A stretch of 42,995 nt of DNA from Candidatus Aenigmatarchaeota archaeon (GTDB taxonomy: Archaea > Aenigmatarchaeota > Aenigmatarchaeia > QMZP01): positions 1 through 42,995 of the forward strand of contig JBDRSV010000008.1 of NCBI GenBank assembly GCA_043824495.1, in the 5' to 3' direction. The position numbers were made by a program, and so were the translations under genes. The notes under the pieces were generated by a model. That model made no database searches, was not told where the DNA came from, and saw only the letters and a program-made list of their open reading frames with translations. Position 1 is the first letter of the stretch. The number at the start of each line of letters is the position of its first letter. Positions 19,876-29,589 of this stretch are shown here, piece after piece.

Positions 19876-20156
19876 TTTCCTACCGCCCTTCTAACAATAT
19901 CAACTATTGCTTCTGGTGTGACACCTATAAGTTGTATGTCGTTTTCTTCTACAATTCTATTCACTCTGTCCTTTGTTGTTTCTCTTGGTTCTTCTATGCT
20001 CTTATTCAAGAAACTCTTCTCAATCATTTCTATTGATTCTTCTGGATGTATAAAAAAATCACCAAGAATTTGTATGGTATTTATTGTATTATCATAATCT
20101 ATTTTCACAGTGATTAGTTTGCCACCTTCTATTTTTTCAGTAGCAGTGCCTTTCAT
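19872..20156 (-). CDS. stand-alone lipoate-ligase C-terminal domain (LplB-like)
   Basis: KIEGGKLI, GDFFIHPEE; ATGA overlap with lplA. Confidence 0.85.
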   Translation of the reverse strand: MKGTATEKIEGGKLITVKIDYDNTINTIQILGDFFIHPEESIEMIEKSFLNKSIEEPRETTKDRVNRIVEENDIQLIGVTPEAIVDIVRRAVGK

Positions 20157-20158
20157 AA

Positions 20159-20728
20159 TTATGATATTGTCACTTTGTTGATTACAATATTTTCTGCTGG
20201 TTTGCTTCCACCAACAGTTGGTGCATTGCTTATTGCATCAACCACACCCATCCCTTCAACAACCTTTCCAAAAACCGGATGCTTTGATGTTAATGGTTCT
20301 TTATCGTAATCCAAGTATACATTATCTACAACGTTTATGAAGAATTGGCTTCCACTAGTGTTTGGACCTGAATTGGCCATTGATATTGTACCTCTTATGT
20401 TTGTTGAACCTTCATAAAACTCGTCGTCTATTTGATACCCTGGACCACCAGTTCCATCACCATTAGGATCCCCGCCTTGTATCATGAAGTTGGGAATCAC
20501 TCTATGAAAAATGAGCCCGTCATAATATCCTTTTTCTGCAAGATCTATGAAATTCTTTGTTGTGACAGGTGCTTTATCTTCAAGTAATTCTATTTTGAAT
20601 TCACCTTTGTTTGTATCAAATGTAGCAATTCTATTTGCCATATTATCATCTCCTGCATTCTCTACTTGTGTTGTACAACCACTTACAAAAATTGTGAGTA
20701 CCAACAACACAATTAAGAATATTTTCAT
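20159..20728 (-). CDS. cyclophilin-type PPIase with lipoprotein signal
   Basis: VSGC lipobox-like, FHRVIPNFMIQGGDP, SMANSGPNTSGSQFFI. Confidence 0.93.
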   Translation of the reverse strand: MKIFLIVLLVLTIFVSGCTTQVENAGDDNMANRIATFDTNKGEFKIELLEDKAPVTTKNFIDLAEKGYYDGLIFHRVIPNFMIQGGDPNGDGTGGPGYQIDDEFYEGSTNIRGTISMANSGPNTSGSQFFINVVDNVYLDYDKEPLTSKHPVFGKVVEGMGVVDAISNAPTVGGSKPAENIVINKVTIS

Positions 20729-20799
20729 ATGACCTGTTTGTAATCATGTTTTATATTTGTTATGTTAAATCGAGTTTTAAGACTTGAAGTAAGTTATAT

Positions 20800-21027
20800 A
20801 TGCCTTCTGTAGAATTATATATTATGTTCTGGTCAGCATCAAAATGTCAAGCATGTAAAAATGAAATTGAGAAGGGTAAAGAGGTAAAAGCAGACGTAGA
20901 AATATACGGAAAGGTTGGAAAATTCAAGAAAAACTTTTGTTCTTCAGACCACCTAGAAGCTCACAATAAAATCACAGAACAAATGATGAAAAATAGAAGA
21001 GTGTGCTTACCTTGTGCTCTTAGATGA
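20800..21027 (+). CDS. small Cys/His metal-binding protein (TRASH/MYM-like)
   Basis: CQAC...FCSSDH, C-terminal CLPC. Confidence 0.65.
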   Translation: MPSVELYIMFWSASKCQACKNEIEKGKEVKADVEIYGKVGKFKKNFCSSDHLEAHNKITEQMMKNRRVCLPCALR

Positions 21028-21567
21028 TTATCTTATTATTCTAGGTTCACTTGTCAAATCTATTATTGTAGAAGGTTTGTTATCTAAGACACCTGAATCA
21101 ACCAGAAAATCTATTTTATTCAATATTTCTTTGGGAACGCCATCCACGCTTGTTATAGGTGATTTTCCTGTGACATTTACACTGGTAGTCACAAATGGCA
21201 CTCCTGCCTTCTGAATAATGCTCGTGAAAGGATGTTCTGGGATTCTAACACCAAGATTATTGTTATCTGATACGTGATTCAAGAAGTTCTGTTTTTTCTT
21301 TAGTACGAGTGTATAAGGTCCTGGTAACTTTTCTAAATACTCCATTTGCCTCATTTCTAAATTTTCTTTTATCCATGTTTTTGAAGGAGCTATCACAGAA
21401 AACGGCTTTTTACTCTTCTTAATCTTTCTTATTCTTTCAACTGATTCTGGTTCCAGCGCATTGCACCCAATACCATAAATGGTATCTGTGGGATAAACAA
21501 AAACACTACCATCTTTTACATGTTCTATTATTTTCTCCACGTCTCTCTGAATATCGAGTTTTTGCAT
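21028..21567 (-). CDS. L-threonylcarbamoyladenylate synthase (YrdC domain only)
   Basis: YPTDTIYGIGC, LPGPYT, GVRIP, TTSVN, PSTIID. Confidence 0.92.
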   Translation of the reverse strand: MQKLDIQRDVEKIIEHVKDGSVFVYPTDTIYGIGCNALEPESVERIRKIKKSKKPFSVIAPSKTWIKENLEMRQMEYLEKLPGPYTLVLKKKQNFLNHVSDNNNLGVRIPEHPFTSIIQKAGVPFVTTSVNVTGKSPITSVDGVPKEILNKIDFLVDSGVLDNKPSTIIDLTSEPRIIR

Positions 21568-21602
21568 ATGAGTATTTTAACAAAAAACAAGAAATATAAG
21601 TT

Positions 21603-22604
21603 ATGACGCCTGATTTTTCCCGAAGAGTCAAAAAACTCCAAAAAGAAATGAGCACAGATAAGATTCTGATAACAAACAGTAAAAACATTTATTATTACAC
21701 TGGCCATAAAGCAAGTGAAGAGGATCCATGTTTCCTGATAATCAACTCTTCTGGCAGACCACATTTATTTGTTTCTCCTCTAGTAAATGATGCGAAAATG
21801 TTGAAAACAGCACGAGTCTCATTTATTTCTAGGGGTTTCCTAAAAAATGAACTGAGAAAGAAATCAGTGAGCTTCGAAGAGGATCACTTAATAACCCACA
21901 TATACACGAACCTGAAGAAACACGGAATTAAATTCAAACCAGCGGATAAGATAATCAACAAGCCCAGACACATTAAAGACGCTTACGAGTTAGACCAACT
22001 AAAGAATTCCATTAATCTGGTTAAGAAGACTTTGGATGGATTAGGTAACATAACTGGAAAAACAGAGAAAGAAATATCCAATAAAGTAAGAATGAGTTTT
22101 GTGAAAGCTAACACCACCAACTCTTTCGATACAATTGTCTCAACAGGAAGTAACGGAGAGTTTATTCATCACACACCGAGTAACAAGATGATAAAAAAAG
22201 GTGATCTGACTGTTGTGGATATGGGAGCAAAAATGAATATGTATTGTTCTGATATCACAAGAACATTCCATTCCGGTGTCAATACACAGAAAAGAAAGAT
22301 ATATGAGGATGTTTTAGAAATTCAAAGAAAAATCATAGACGTGATAGAACCTGGAATGACTTTTGAAAGTGTCCAAGGCATGTACATCAACATGATGACT
22401 TCCAGAGGCTACAAAGTTATGCATGGAATATCACATGGTATTGGTTTAGATGTTCATGAACCATTTGATGTTCTGGAAGAAAATATGGTTATAACAGTTG
22501 AGCCTGGGGTCTACAAAAATATAGGTGGTTGTAGAATAGAGGATATGGTTCTAATAAAGAAAGATAAGGTAAAAATTTTATCTGACTCTATTCGTTTGTC
22601 ATAG
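21603..22604 (+). CDS. M24 Xaa-Pro peptidase
   Basis: DMGAK...SDITRT, HGIGLDVHE, TVEPG, RIED. Confidence 0.9.
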   Translation: MTPDFSRRVKKLQKEMSTDKILITNSKNIYYYTGHKASEEDPCFLIINSSGRPHLFVSPLVNDAKMLKTARVSFISRGFLKNELRKKSVSFEEDHLITHIYTNLKKHGIKFKPADKIINKPRHIKDAYELDQLKNSINLVKKTLDGLGNITGKTEKEISNKVRMSFVKANTTNSFDTIVSTGSNGEFIHHTPSNKMIKKGDLTVVDMGAKMNMYCSDITRTFHSGVNTQKRKIYEDVLEIQRKIIDVIEPGMTFESVQGMYINMMTSRGYKVMHGISHGIGLDVHEPFDVLEENMVITVEPGVYKNIGGCRIEDMVLIKKDKVKILSDSIRLS

Positions 22605-22884
22605 TATCGACGTCAGTTGTTTCTTCAGAGACAGGTGCTGTTATATGCTTAATTAATACAACATCTCCAATTGCTTCAACCATAGGGAATGGAATTATTA
22701 TACCCTTTTTGCTTCCAAGCATGTTTGACAAATAGGACCCCTTTGTGGCCTTTACAATCAGGGATCTTAGTTTAAACCTCTTGAGATCGCATTCGACGTC
22801 CTCAACTTTTCCGCAGTATAGTCCTTTATCTGTAAATACATCTTTCATCCAAGTTTGAGAAACACTAGCTACTTTAATAGGCAT
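22588..22884 (-). CDS. PRC-barrel domain protein (start moved to ATG 22884)
   Basis: VFTDKGLYCGKVED, IPFPMVEAIGDVVLI; GGTGATG RBS. Confidence 0.85.
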   Translation of the reverse strand: MPIKVASVSQTWMKDVFTDKGLYCGKVEDVECDLKRFKLRSLIVKATKGSYLSNMLGSKKGIIIPFPMVEAIGDVVLIKHITAPVSEETTDVDTMTNE

Positions 22885-22990
22885 TACATCACCACTAAGT
22901 ATAATTGTATTAAAACGAATATTTATAAACCTTTTGTGTACCAACAAACAGTGTCGGTAATTATTTATTTCTAGAAACAAGAAAAGAGTT

Positions 22991-23425
22991 ATGGAAATAA
23001 AAGTAGATATCAAAAGACTTGCAAAGGATTTACCTATACCCGAATATAAAAGCAGTTTAGCTGCCGGAGTTGACTTGTTTGCAGCAGTAGATTCTGAGAT
23101 TGTTATACAACCTGGAGAAAGTTACTTGGTTCCAACTGGAATATCAATAGCAATACCAGAAGGTTATGAAACTCAGATAAGACCAAGAAGTGGACTTGCA
23201 GCAAAACACCAAATAAGTATCATTAATTCTCCTGGAACAGTAGACGCGGATTACAGAGGAGAAATAAAAGTCATACTAATAAACCATGGTAAAGAACCTT
23301 TCAAAATAAATAGAGGGGATAGAATAGCTCAGATGGTTCTAAATCAAGTTCCCAAAATGAAGTTTTCTGAAGTAGAAGAACTCAGTGAAACAGAACGAGG
23401 GGAAGGCGGCTTTGGAAGCACTTAG
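22991..23425 (+). CDS. dut: trimeric dUTPase
   Basis: [30 protein letters not shown]. Confidence 0.96.
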   Translation: MEIKVDIKRLAKDLPIPEYKSSLAAGVDLFAAVDSEIVIQPGESYLVPTGISIAIPEGYETQIRPRSGLAAKHQISIINSPGTVDADYRGEIKVILINHGKEPFKINRGDRIAQMVLNQVPKMKFSEVEELSETERGEGGFGST

Positions 23426-25036
23426 CTATTCTTCTTTTACTTTTTTCTCAGCTAGTTTCTTTTCAGCATCTAGACGACCTAGAGAATAATCATTCATGTC
23501 AACAAACCTTGCATACTCGAATAATAATGGACTTGCCTGTTTAGCCAGTTTATACATTTTCTGTGCCATTCTTCTGTAATTAGGGTGTCCCTGTGGGGAG
23601 CTTCTTAATTCAGTTACCCAATATATTGCTCTTGGGTTCATTGTGAAATACCATCGAATCTTATATGCAAAAGGGACTATGTATTGAGCCTCTTTTGGAT
23701 ATTTTTCAGATATTTGTTTGTAGACTTCTGCTGCTTTATTCATTACTTCTTTCCATTCGTTTTCAAACCCAGCATCAATAATTTCTGGAGGTGTAATATA
23801 CCCGTGATCCGTTTTCAAGTCTTGTCTTTCCTGTGTTAGAATTCTATGTCTCTCCATGTCTCTATAGATACCATAATCACCAAGCAAATCAAATGTGAAG
23901 TAAGCATTTTCGAAAGCTCTAGGAGGTTTGTGTCTTCTGTTTTCTCTATGAGACAATACCTCATGTATTATTTTCTTTCGTTCTTCTGTATCCATTTTTC
24001 TTACCTTTTCCAATATCTGCCTCATTGGCTGCTTCGAATGCGGATACAATAAAGCGGCTAGAATCTTTTCGTCCGCGTTTTTGTCATATTCCACAAGTTC
24101 TACCTCTTCTGCATGTATTGGCTCCTCTGTTAAGATTTCAGAAGTTTTCTTTCTTGCTCCTTCCGTGGATTTATTTAGGAAATTATATGCTGGTGCGAAG
24201 TGTTTATGGCCCGTTTGGCATCGTCTAACAAAAGATGGAATAATCTTATTCAATTCCATTTGAACTTGATCTGCAATTTCTCTCATCTCCTGAAGCGGAT
24301 GAGATCTTAGTTTGAGTATCATGGTTTCGAAGAATCTACCATTACCAAAAATTCCCATATTGGTTAGAACGCTTCCAGGTAGAAGAGGTCTTAATGTGTC
24401 GCAGGCTTTTGCTCTTATAGAGAATTTATATGCCTGTTCTGGTGTATTTTCATCTCTTGGAACTCTTTCTATATAGTATTGCTTCATAGGCTCTATCAGC
24501 TTGGAATATAAATCAAGAAGCATATTGCATACATTCACATACTCATCAGCAAACTCAGAATTCATGATAACAGGATCTCTATAAAACTGATATTCTCCAT
24601 TAATTTTCTTGTCAAACCAAACATATCTCGTTGATTTCTCGAGAGGAGAGCCTCCAATTCTCATGTCTTCTATGACCTTTGTGGCTATATTTGAGAGGTT
24701 CTCAATAGCTATGTGAGCTCCACCCAATTCACCAACACTATCATCTCCATAACCATCCAATATTCTATCATAAAATGCTTGAGCTTTCTCTATTGCAAGG
24801 ATTTCTGATTCTCCTGCACCTTTAACTGAATCTAAAATCTCTTTAACTCCGACTTCATCACTCTTTACAAATTCATCAAGCAGAAGCTGTCTCAAGCCCT
24901 TAGATGTTCTGGAATATCTAGAGAATAATGCACCTTTGATAACTTCGGGTAGATTTCTGAGAGCAAATACATTACCATCGACATTGGTTACAAAACGAGA
25001 GAGCACTTGTTTTTCATCTTCTGTGAATTCTACCAT
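23426..25036 (-). CDS. thyX: FAD-dependent thymidylate synthase, two-domain form
   Basis: SPLEKSTRY, RHRILTQ, ELRSSPQGH; 536 aa. Confidence 0.85.
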   Translation of the reverse strand: MVEFTEDEKQVLSRFVTNVDGNVFALRNLPEVIKGALFSRYSRTSKGLRQLLLDEFVKSDEVGVKEILDSVKGAGESEILAIEKAQAFYDRILDGYGDDSVGELGGAHIAIENLSNIATKVIEDMRIGGSPLEKSTRYVWFDKKINGEYQFYRDPVIMNSEFADEYVNVCNMLLDLYSKLIEPMKQYYIERVPRDENTPEQAYKFSIRAKACDTLRPLLPGSVLTNMGIFGNGRFFETMILKLRSHPLQEMREIADQVQMELNKIIPSFVRRCQTGHKHFAPAYNFLNKSTEGARKKTSEILTEEPIHAEEVELVEYDKNADEKILAALLYPHSKQPMRQILEKVRKMDTEERKKIIHEVLSHRENRRHKPPRAFENAYFTFDLLGDYGIYRDMERHRILTQERQDLKTDHGYITPPEIIDAGFENEWKEVMNKAAEVYKQISEKYPKEAQYIVPFAYKIRWYFTMNPRAIYWVTELRSSPQGHPNYRRMAQKMYKLAKQASPLLFEYARFVDMNDYSLGRLDAEKKLAEKKVKEE

Positions 25037-25108
25037 TAAAACACCTGTTAAGAATAAGATAGTATATTTTTTAAAGCTATAAACTGAGAATAATACACGA
25101 TAATATAT

Positions 25109-25223
25109 GACGAGGTGGCCGAGCGGCTTAAGGCGCAGAATTCTTCTAAATAATTAGAAGAATGCGTAAGATTGCTAATCCTGTGTGCATCTGCACTCGG
25201 GGGTTCGAATCCCCCCCTCGTCG
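25109..25223 (+). tRNA. tRNA-Ser(GCU) with a 31-nt non-canonical intron at 29/30 (25139-25169)
   Basis: GACGAGG/CCTCGTC acceptor; CAG|GA with TCCTG restores the stem; BHB central helix GCGC/GCGT, 10-bp intron stem; G73. Confidence 0.9.
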
Positions 25224-25236
25224 CTATTGATTTGTT

Positions 25237-25659
25237 ATGAACGAAAAAAAACCTTTAGTAAATGTGGATATTATTATAGTTAAAGATGATAAGATACTTC
25301 TTGGTCTGTTAACAGACAAATGGAAATACGAAGGTAGAAGCGTTTACGGCGTTCCTGGTAGAGATATTAGATTTGGAGAAAAAGTAAGTGAAACTGTAAA
25401 AAGAAACATAAATGAAGAATTTGGATGCAATGTAACAAAACAAAAAATAATTTGTGTGAACACCAATTATGCTTTAGGAAACCACTATATAGGAATAGGT
25501 GTATTGACAGAAATGGATGGAGATCCAAAGCTGTTATTACCCGAAGACTGGAAAGAATGGAAATGGTTCTCAAGAAAAGAAATACCAGATAACATGTTTC
25601 CTGCAGCAAAGAATGTAATAGAATGTTATTTGAATGATAAATTTAGTGTATCGGAGTGA
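25237..25659 (+). CDS. Nudix-fold hydrolase (partly degenerate Nudix box)
   Basis: PGRDIRFGEKVSETVKRNINEEFG, EWKWFS. Confidence 0.8.
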   Translation: MNEKKPLVNVDIIIVKDDKILLGLLTDKWKYEGRSVYGVPGRDIRFGEKVSETVKRNINEEFGCNVTKQKIICVNTNYALGNHYIGIGVLTEMDGDPKLLLPEDWKEWKWFSRKEIPDNMFPAAKNVIECYLNDKFSVSE

Positions 25660-26173
25660 TTATATGATAGAAATAGAGCGTACATTTCTTGTGAAGAAGA
25701 TTCCTGATTTGACTGAAGCAAAGAAAATAGAAATGGTAGATGTGTATTTCCCTGAGAACTCAGATCATCCAACTCTTAGACTGCGGAGTAGAGGAAACAA
25801 ATACGAGATGACAAAAAAGGAACCAACTTCTGATGGTGACGCATCCAAACAGAAAGAACACACAATACCTTTAATAGAAGAAGAGTTTATTTCACTATCC
25901 AGAATACCCGGCAAGTGTGTGGAAAAAACAAGACATGTTCTTGAGATAAATGGTAGAACAGCTGAAATAGATGTATTTCATGGCGCTTTATCTGGTTTGG
26001 TACTAGCTGATTTTGAATTTGAAAAAGAAGAAGAAAAGAATGCTTTTGAAATGCCTGAATTTTGTTTAGTAGATGTTACACAAGAACTCTTTTTGGCTGG
26101 CGGCATGCTATGCGGCAGATCTTACAGCGATATAGAAGAAGAACTGAAAAAATTTGGTTATGAGAAGCTGTAA
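25634..26173 (+). CDS. CYTH-domain protein
   Basis: EIERTFL, LRLR, VEKTR, AEIDVF, ADFEF; start may be ATG 25664. Confidence 0.85.
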   Translation: MINLVYRSDYMIEIERTFLVKKIPDLTEAKKIEMVDVYFPENSDHPTLRLRSRGNKYEMTKKEPTSDGDASKQKEHTIPLIEEEFISLSRIPGKCVEKTRHVLEINGRTAEIDVFHGALSGLVLADFEFEKEEEKNAFEMPEFCLVDVTQELFLAGGMLCGRSYSDIEEELKKFGYEKL

Positions 26174-26204
26174 TCATTTAAAAGATATTTTAACAATATT
26201 AATT

Positions 26205-27530
26205 ATGACTGATTATATATCACGAGCTGAAACAGAAATTAAATTTCTATCAGCTGACAAACCAAATGAGTTTCAAGACGTACAAAATTTTGGCACTATT
26301 CAACAGTACAGGGATGAAAGGAACAAAACATACTGGGAAAGAATAAGTGTTGGTGGAAGTGTAACTGCAGAACCTGTTATTCATAATGGTATTATATACA
26401 TCGGTACATGCGACAAAAATTTCTATGCTTTAACTTTTAATGGTAGATTGAAATGGAAATTCCCAACAAATGGAACAATACAAGCCAACGCTCTAGTATA
26501 TGATAATTCCGTTTATTTTGGTTCTTCTGATAACAACCTCTACTGCGTAGATGCAGAAAAAGGAGAATTGAAATGGAAATTCGAATCAACAAATCGCGTA
26601 CTCGGAACTCCAGTAGAGCATAATGGCAGAATATATTTCGGATCCGCGGATGGAAATTTATACGTCATAGATGCATCTTCAGGTGAGAAAATATGGGTTT
26701 TCAGTACACCATATCCTCTGGTTAGACCATTGATAAAAGATGATAAGATTTATGTAGGATTCGAAGGTTCATGTCTCTATTGCCTGAATTTAGAAGGCGA
26801 ACTTTTATGGAAATTCAATACAAATGGGTGGATAACTCCAACAGCTTCTGAAAATAATAATATATACTTCGGTTCAGAAGACAAGAACATGTATGCAATC
26901 AATTCAGACGGTCAGCTAGAATGGAAATATAAAGCAAAGGACAGAACCCTTTGTCCTAGCGTCAAAGATGGAAAAATATATTTTGGATGCGGTGATAACA
27001 AAGTTTATTGTATTGATTCTGAAGGAAATCGTGTATGGGATTTCAATGCAAACGGAACAGTAATCAACATAACAATTGATGGTGATGTATTATACTTTGG
27101 GTCTTATGACAATAATCTTTACGCACTTGATAGAAATTCTGGAGAAAAACTCTGGAGGTTCAAAACTAATGGATTTGTAACTGGAAATCCTGCAGTTCAT
27201 GAAGATCTTATTGTTTTTGGTTCATGGGATTGTAATATTTATTGTATAACCATAGAAGGACAACTGATCTGGAAATATCAAACAAGTTTGAGTAGTCAAT
27301 CAGCTATAGAAGCTCCAGAACAAATAGAAACCACCAAATCCGAGCTAGTCATGAAGATTGAAACAAAACAAGGGGAAAAAGAAAGGGCATACAAGACTGA
27401 CGATATTGATGGAGGCAGCTACGAAATGAATTTCACTAGTTATGCAAGTGGTATGAATAAGACATATATAAGCAGTAAGAAGCGTGGCTACATCGGCGAA
27501 TCCGAAAAGACGGAATATAAAGGAAATTGA
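26205..27530 (+). CDS. PQQ/BamB-like beta-propeller repeat protein (start moved to ATG 26205)
   Basis: about 8 repeats of IYFGS.D.NLYA.D...G...WKF. Confidence 0.88.
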   Translation: MTDYISRAETEIKFLSADKPNEFQDVQNFGTIQQYRDERNKTYWERISVGGSVTAEPVIHNGIIYIGTCDKNFYALTFNGRLKWKFPTNGTIQANALVYDNSVYFGSSDNNLYCVDAEKGELKWKFESTNRVLGTPVEHNGRIYFGSADGNLYVIDASSGEKIWVFSTPYPLVRPLIKDDKIYVGFEGSCLYCLNLEGELLWKFNTNGWITPTASENNNIYFGSEDKNMYAINSDGQLEWKYKAKDRTLCPSVKDGKIYFGCGDNKVYCIDSEGNRVWDFNANGTVINITIDGDVLYFGSYDNNLYALDRNSGEKLWRFKTNGFVTGNPAVHEDLIVFGSWDCNIYCITIEGQLIWKYQTSLSSQSAIEAPEQIETTKSELVMKIETKQGEKERAYKTDDIDGGSYEMNFTSYASGMNKTYISSKKRGYIGESEKTEYKGN

Positions 27531-27574
27531 TCAATACGTCATTATTTTTAATTCTCATTCTAATATCAAACTAA

Positions 27575-27645
27575 GCGCCGATAGTCTAGTGGTAGGATGC
27601 AAGCTTCCCAAGTTTGCGACCCGGGTTCGAGCCCCGGTCGGCGCA
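27575..27645 (+). tRNA. tRNA-Gly(CCC), intronless
   Basis: GCGCCGA/TCGGCGC acceptor, CAAGC-TTCCCAA-GTTTG arm. Confidence 0.93.
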
Positions 27646-27802
27646 TTTTTTAACTTAAAAACGCAATCTTATAAAGTGTTCTGGTAGGATTTTCAGTTGC
27701 TATGATAGCATTGGGCGCTTACTTATTTAGTAAAACTGAGGTTTAGGGATTCGAAATACACCGTAAATCTTATTAAACCCATTATATTATATAGATATTA
27801 TC

Positions 27803-27905
27803 GGGCCGGTAGTCTAGTGGTATGACGCTGCCCTTACATCTTGGATCGTGAATACGATCTTGGTTGGATAGGCAGAGGCCGCAGGTTCAAGTCCTGCTCG
27901 GCCCA
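27803..27905 (+). tRNA. tRNA-Val(UAC) with a 31-nt intron at 37/38 (27839-27869)
   Basis: GGGCCGG/TCGGCCC acceptor, CTGCC/GGCAG stem, relaxed BHB, GATCGT/ACGATC intron stem. Confidence 0.92.
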
Positions 27906-27915
27906 CTTTGATTTT

Positions 27916-28806
27916 ATGAAAGTAAAACATTATGGATTATTGTTGGCCATTTTATCACCCATTTTCTCAAGTATGGCTACAATTTTTCAATCAGGTGCAA
28001 CTAAGCTACTGACTCCAATGTTTGTTGCTTCTGTTGGAAGTATATTAGGAGCGATTATAATTTTCTTTATTCTATTATCCTCTGGGAAGTTACCCTCATT
28101 GAAAAAAATCAAAGAGAATAAATTTGATTTGACAACAATGACAATATTCAGATTTATTTTAGGTGTTGCGATCTTCGCTTACGCTCTGAGTATGACCACA
28201 GGTATTAAAGCTATATTTTTTACAAAGGCAGAACCTTATTTTGTACTTCTTTGGTTTTGGTTATTACAAAAAGGGGAGATAAAGAAACAGCACGTAGCTT
28301 TACTTGGGATTCATATCATAGGTGCTATATTACTGTCAACAGGTGGTGTTTTAGAATTCGGTATGGGACAATTAGGCGATCTTCTTGTGATAATTGCTAT
28401 GGGATTCTTTTCAATTTCATATATCCCAGGTAAAAAACTCTCAACAAGCATGGGATCTAAACAATCAAACTTTGTTACAATGGGTCTTGGTGGTTTAGTT
28501 TTATTACCATTTGCTTTATTCCTTTCTCCATCAAGTGTTTGGAACGTTTTTTCTTTGGGTTGGACATATTTCTTGGCATGGATTATTTTGTTCAATGTTA
28601 TTGGTCTTACAATGTGGTTCGCGGCATTGAAAACCGTGAAGGGTTGGATGGTATCAGCTCTTAGAGCCGTTGGCCCAATAGCTGGAGCTCCATTGGCTTG
28701 GTTGTTATTTGGTGAGATGTTAACACCCATGCAAATTGTTGGTGGATTGATTGTTCTATTCACTTCTGTTATAATAGCAAAAGAGCATCTGAAAAGCAAG
28801 ATTTAA
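27916..28806 (+). CDS. DMT/EamA-family transporter (start moved out of the tRNA to ATG 27916)
   Basis: about 10 TM segments, two EamA halves, LFGEMLTPMQIVGG. Confidence 0.85.
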   Translation: MKVKHYGLLLAILSPIFSSMATIFQSGATKLLTPMFVASVGSILGAIIIFFILLSSGKLPSLKKIKENKFDLTTMTIFRFILGVAIFAYALSMTTGIKAIFFTKAEPYFVLLWFWLLQKGEIKKQHVALLGIHIIGAILLSTGGVLEFGMGQLGDLLVIIAMGFFSISYIPGKKLSTSMGSKQSNFVTMGLGGLVLLPFALFLSPSSVWNVFSLGWTYFLAWIILFNVIGLTMWFAALKTVKGWMVSALRAVGPIAGAPLAWLLFGEMLTPMQIVGGLIVLFTSVIIAKEHLKSKI

Positions 28807-28833
28807 ATCTTAAGTTTAATATTCTTTTTACAT

Positions 28834-28905
28834 GGGCCGATAGATCAATGGTAGATCGCTTGCTCGGCATGCAAGAGGCTGTGGGTTCAAGTCCCGCTCG
28901 GTCCA
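28834..28905 (+). tRNA. tRNA-Ala(GGC)
   Basis: GGGCCGA/TCGGTCC acceptor with G3:U70; CTTGC-TCGGCAT-GCAAG arm. Confidence 0.94.
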
Positions 28906-28950
28906 TTTCATATTAATAGTTGTTTAAACAATTGTGTAATACGTGGTACA

Positions 28951-29559
28951 ATGATAACGACTATACTTTTTGACGTTGGTGGAGTAATAGTAGAAGAGGA
29001 ATTCAAGGATTTTTTTGGTCAATACGAGAAAGAGACCGGATTCAGTAAACAAAAACTATACGAAGCTATTGTTGATATAGATTTCTGGGATATGTATAAC
29101 AAAGGAAAGGCTACAGAAGATCAATTAGAAGAAAAAATAAGAGAAAAAACCAATATTGATCCTAAGATTCTTCATAAGATCAGAACCGAGTGGAGACATA
29201 TAATCAAGCCTTATCCTCATATGATAGAACTTGTTGAAAAAATCAAGAAAAACTACAAGGTCTTTTGTTTATCAAATGTGGATAAAGACACTGTAAAATA
29301 CATAAACAAAAATTATCCTGATGTATATAAGGTCTTCCCTGGATGCGTCTTATCATGTGATGTTGGTATGATAAAACCAGATAAAGAGATTTTTGATTAC
29401 ACCCTGAGGAAATTTGGCCTGAAAAAAGAGGAAGTTATCTTTATAGACAATTATAGTCACAACACAGAAGCAGCAGAAAGCTTTGGAATCAAGTCTATTA
29501 AGTTTGAAAGTCATGATCAACTTGTAAAAGAGCTCAAAATGCTGGGAATACAGTTTTAA
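28951..29559 (+). CDS. HAD-superfamily phosphatase (subfamily IA)
   Basis: FDVGGV, LSN, KPD, FIDN. Confidence 0.9.
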   Translation: MITTILFDVGGVIVEEEFKDFFGQYEKETGFSKQKLYEAIVDIDFWDMYNKGKATEDQLEEKIREKTNIDPKILHKIRTEWRHIIKPYPHMIELVEKIKKNYKVFCLSNVDKDTVKYINKNYPDVYKVFPGCVLSCDVGMIKPDKEIFDYTLRKFGLKKEEVIFIDNYSHNTEAAESFGIKSIKFESHDQLVKELKMLGIQF

Positions 29560-29589
29560 AGGGTTATGTTAATTGTTATATGGGCCTCG

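Noticed and set aside
27700-27745. C/D sRNA between tRNA-Gly and tRNA-Val
   Set aside because: Box C is poor (ATGATAG), no internal D'/C' and no recognisable guide.
27841-27915. ORF-track TTG start of the DMT transporter
   Set aside because: It lies inside tRNA-Val; ATG 27916 is the plausible start.
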